Below, in pieces: positions 44,357 through 44,560 of a DNA stretch of 44,560 nucleotides. The notes under the pieces were generated by a model. It searched no databases and had not been told where the DNA came from. It worked only from the letters and a program-made list of their open reading frames with translations. Where the stretch lies: NCBI GenBank assembly GCA_025455225.1, contig JALOMY010000001.1, positions 1 to 44,560 of the forward strand, written 5' to 3'. The stretch's first letter is position 1. Each line of letters starts with the position of its first letter. This stretch comes from Cyclobacteriaceae bacterium (GTDB taxonomy: Bacteria > Bacteroidota > Bacteroidia > Cytophagales > Cyclobacteriaceae). A program made the position numbers and the translations under genes.

Positions 44357-44489
44357 GTTGGCCAATCATTAATTGACCCTTTCGAAACAGAATTAATTAT
44401 AAAATTAATTAATGTTATCTATTTAAAATATAAACTAATTCAAATGAAATGGGTTTGCGAATTTTGCGGCCGATTAAACCCATTCATTC

Positions 44490-44560
44490 ATGACAAGAAT
44501 TACAGTTGCCAAGGGCGATGGTATCGGCCCGGAAATTATGGATGCCACGCTTGCCATTAT
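44490..44560 (+). CDS. 5' end of an isocitrate/isopropylmalate dehydrogenase-family gene (runs off the window)
   Basis: The ATG at 44490 gives MTRITVAKGDGIGPEIMDATLAI.... GDGIGPE is the N-terminal signature of beta-decarboxylating dehydrogenases. Confidence 0.6.
   Translation, partial: MTRITVAKGDGIGPEIMDATLAI

Noticed and set aside
44444-44560. An alternative-frame ORF, MKWVCEFCGRLNPFIHDKNYSCQGRWYRPGNYGCHACHY..., that looks like a Cys-rich zinc ribbon.
   Set aside because: The overlapping frame starting at 44490 gives MTRITVAKGDGIGPEIMDATLAI, with the GDGIGPE signature of isocitrate/isopropylmalate dehydrogenases. The Cys-rich reading is most likely an out-of-frame coincidence, and part of it coincides with a hairpin.

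Overview
Chromosomal segment from a Bacteroidota genome, probably of the Cytophagia/Sphingobacteriia type, about 42% GC. The phylum call rests on two cargo proteins with type-B T9SS C-terminal sorting domains, a PorP/SprF gene, a DUF5103 plug-like gene, SprB repeats, a FISUMP lipoprotein, TAnnTTTG -7 promoter motifs and little use of Shine-Dalgarno sites. The window is densely coding, with no rRNA, tRNA, CRISPR array, IS element or prophage genes that I can see.

Layout:
- 757-8707 (minus): a complete histidine operon in the E. coli order hisG-D-C-B-H-A-F-IE. It is preceded by a His-codon leader peptide and attenuator, and followed by an iodotyrosine-deiodinase-like flavoenzyme.
- 8.7-13 kb: envelope and housekeeping genes (DUF3592, TPR lipoprotein, LemA + M48 peptidase).
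- 13-16 kb: a plant-type LRR surface protein with a T9SS type-B CTD, directly after its PorP/SprF gene.
- 16-25.5 kb: PadR + double-FtsX permease, thioesterase, Tat-signal aldo/keto reductase, DUF4136 lipoprotein, SMC.
- 25.6-33.2 kb: a small SprB-repeat protein followed by a 2428-aa SprB-like T9SS adhesin built from 11 + 4 tandem domains.
- 33-37 kb: LuxC-like acyl-CoA reductase, ferredoxin, solo DUF58, bacterial PUR-alpha-like protein, YchF.
- 37.5-38.3 kb: a solo Cas6-like gene with no CRISPR array or other cas gene in the window.
- 38.4-44.4 kb: FISUMP lipoprotein, DUF5103 (T9SS plug-like), and a four-gene ECF-sigma / anti-sigma-beta-barrel / LVIVD propeller / small beta-barrel module.
- 44490 onward: 5' end of an isocitrate/isopropylmalate dehydrogenase-family gene.

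The best candidates for something new are the orphan Cas6-like gene, the envelope-spanning ECF module, and the plant-type LRR T9SS cargo.

All family assignments come from reading motifs in the translations. No database search was run.
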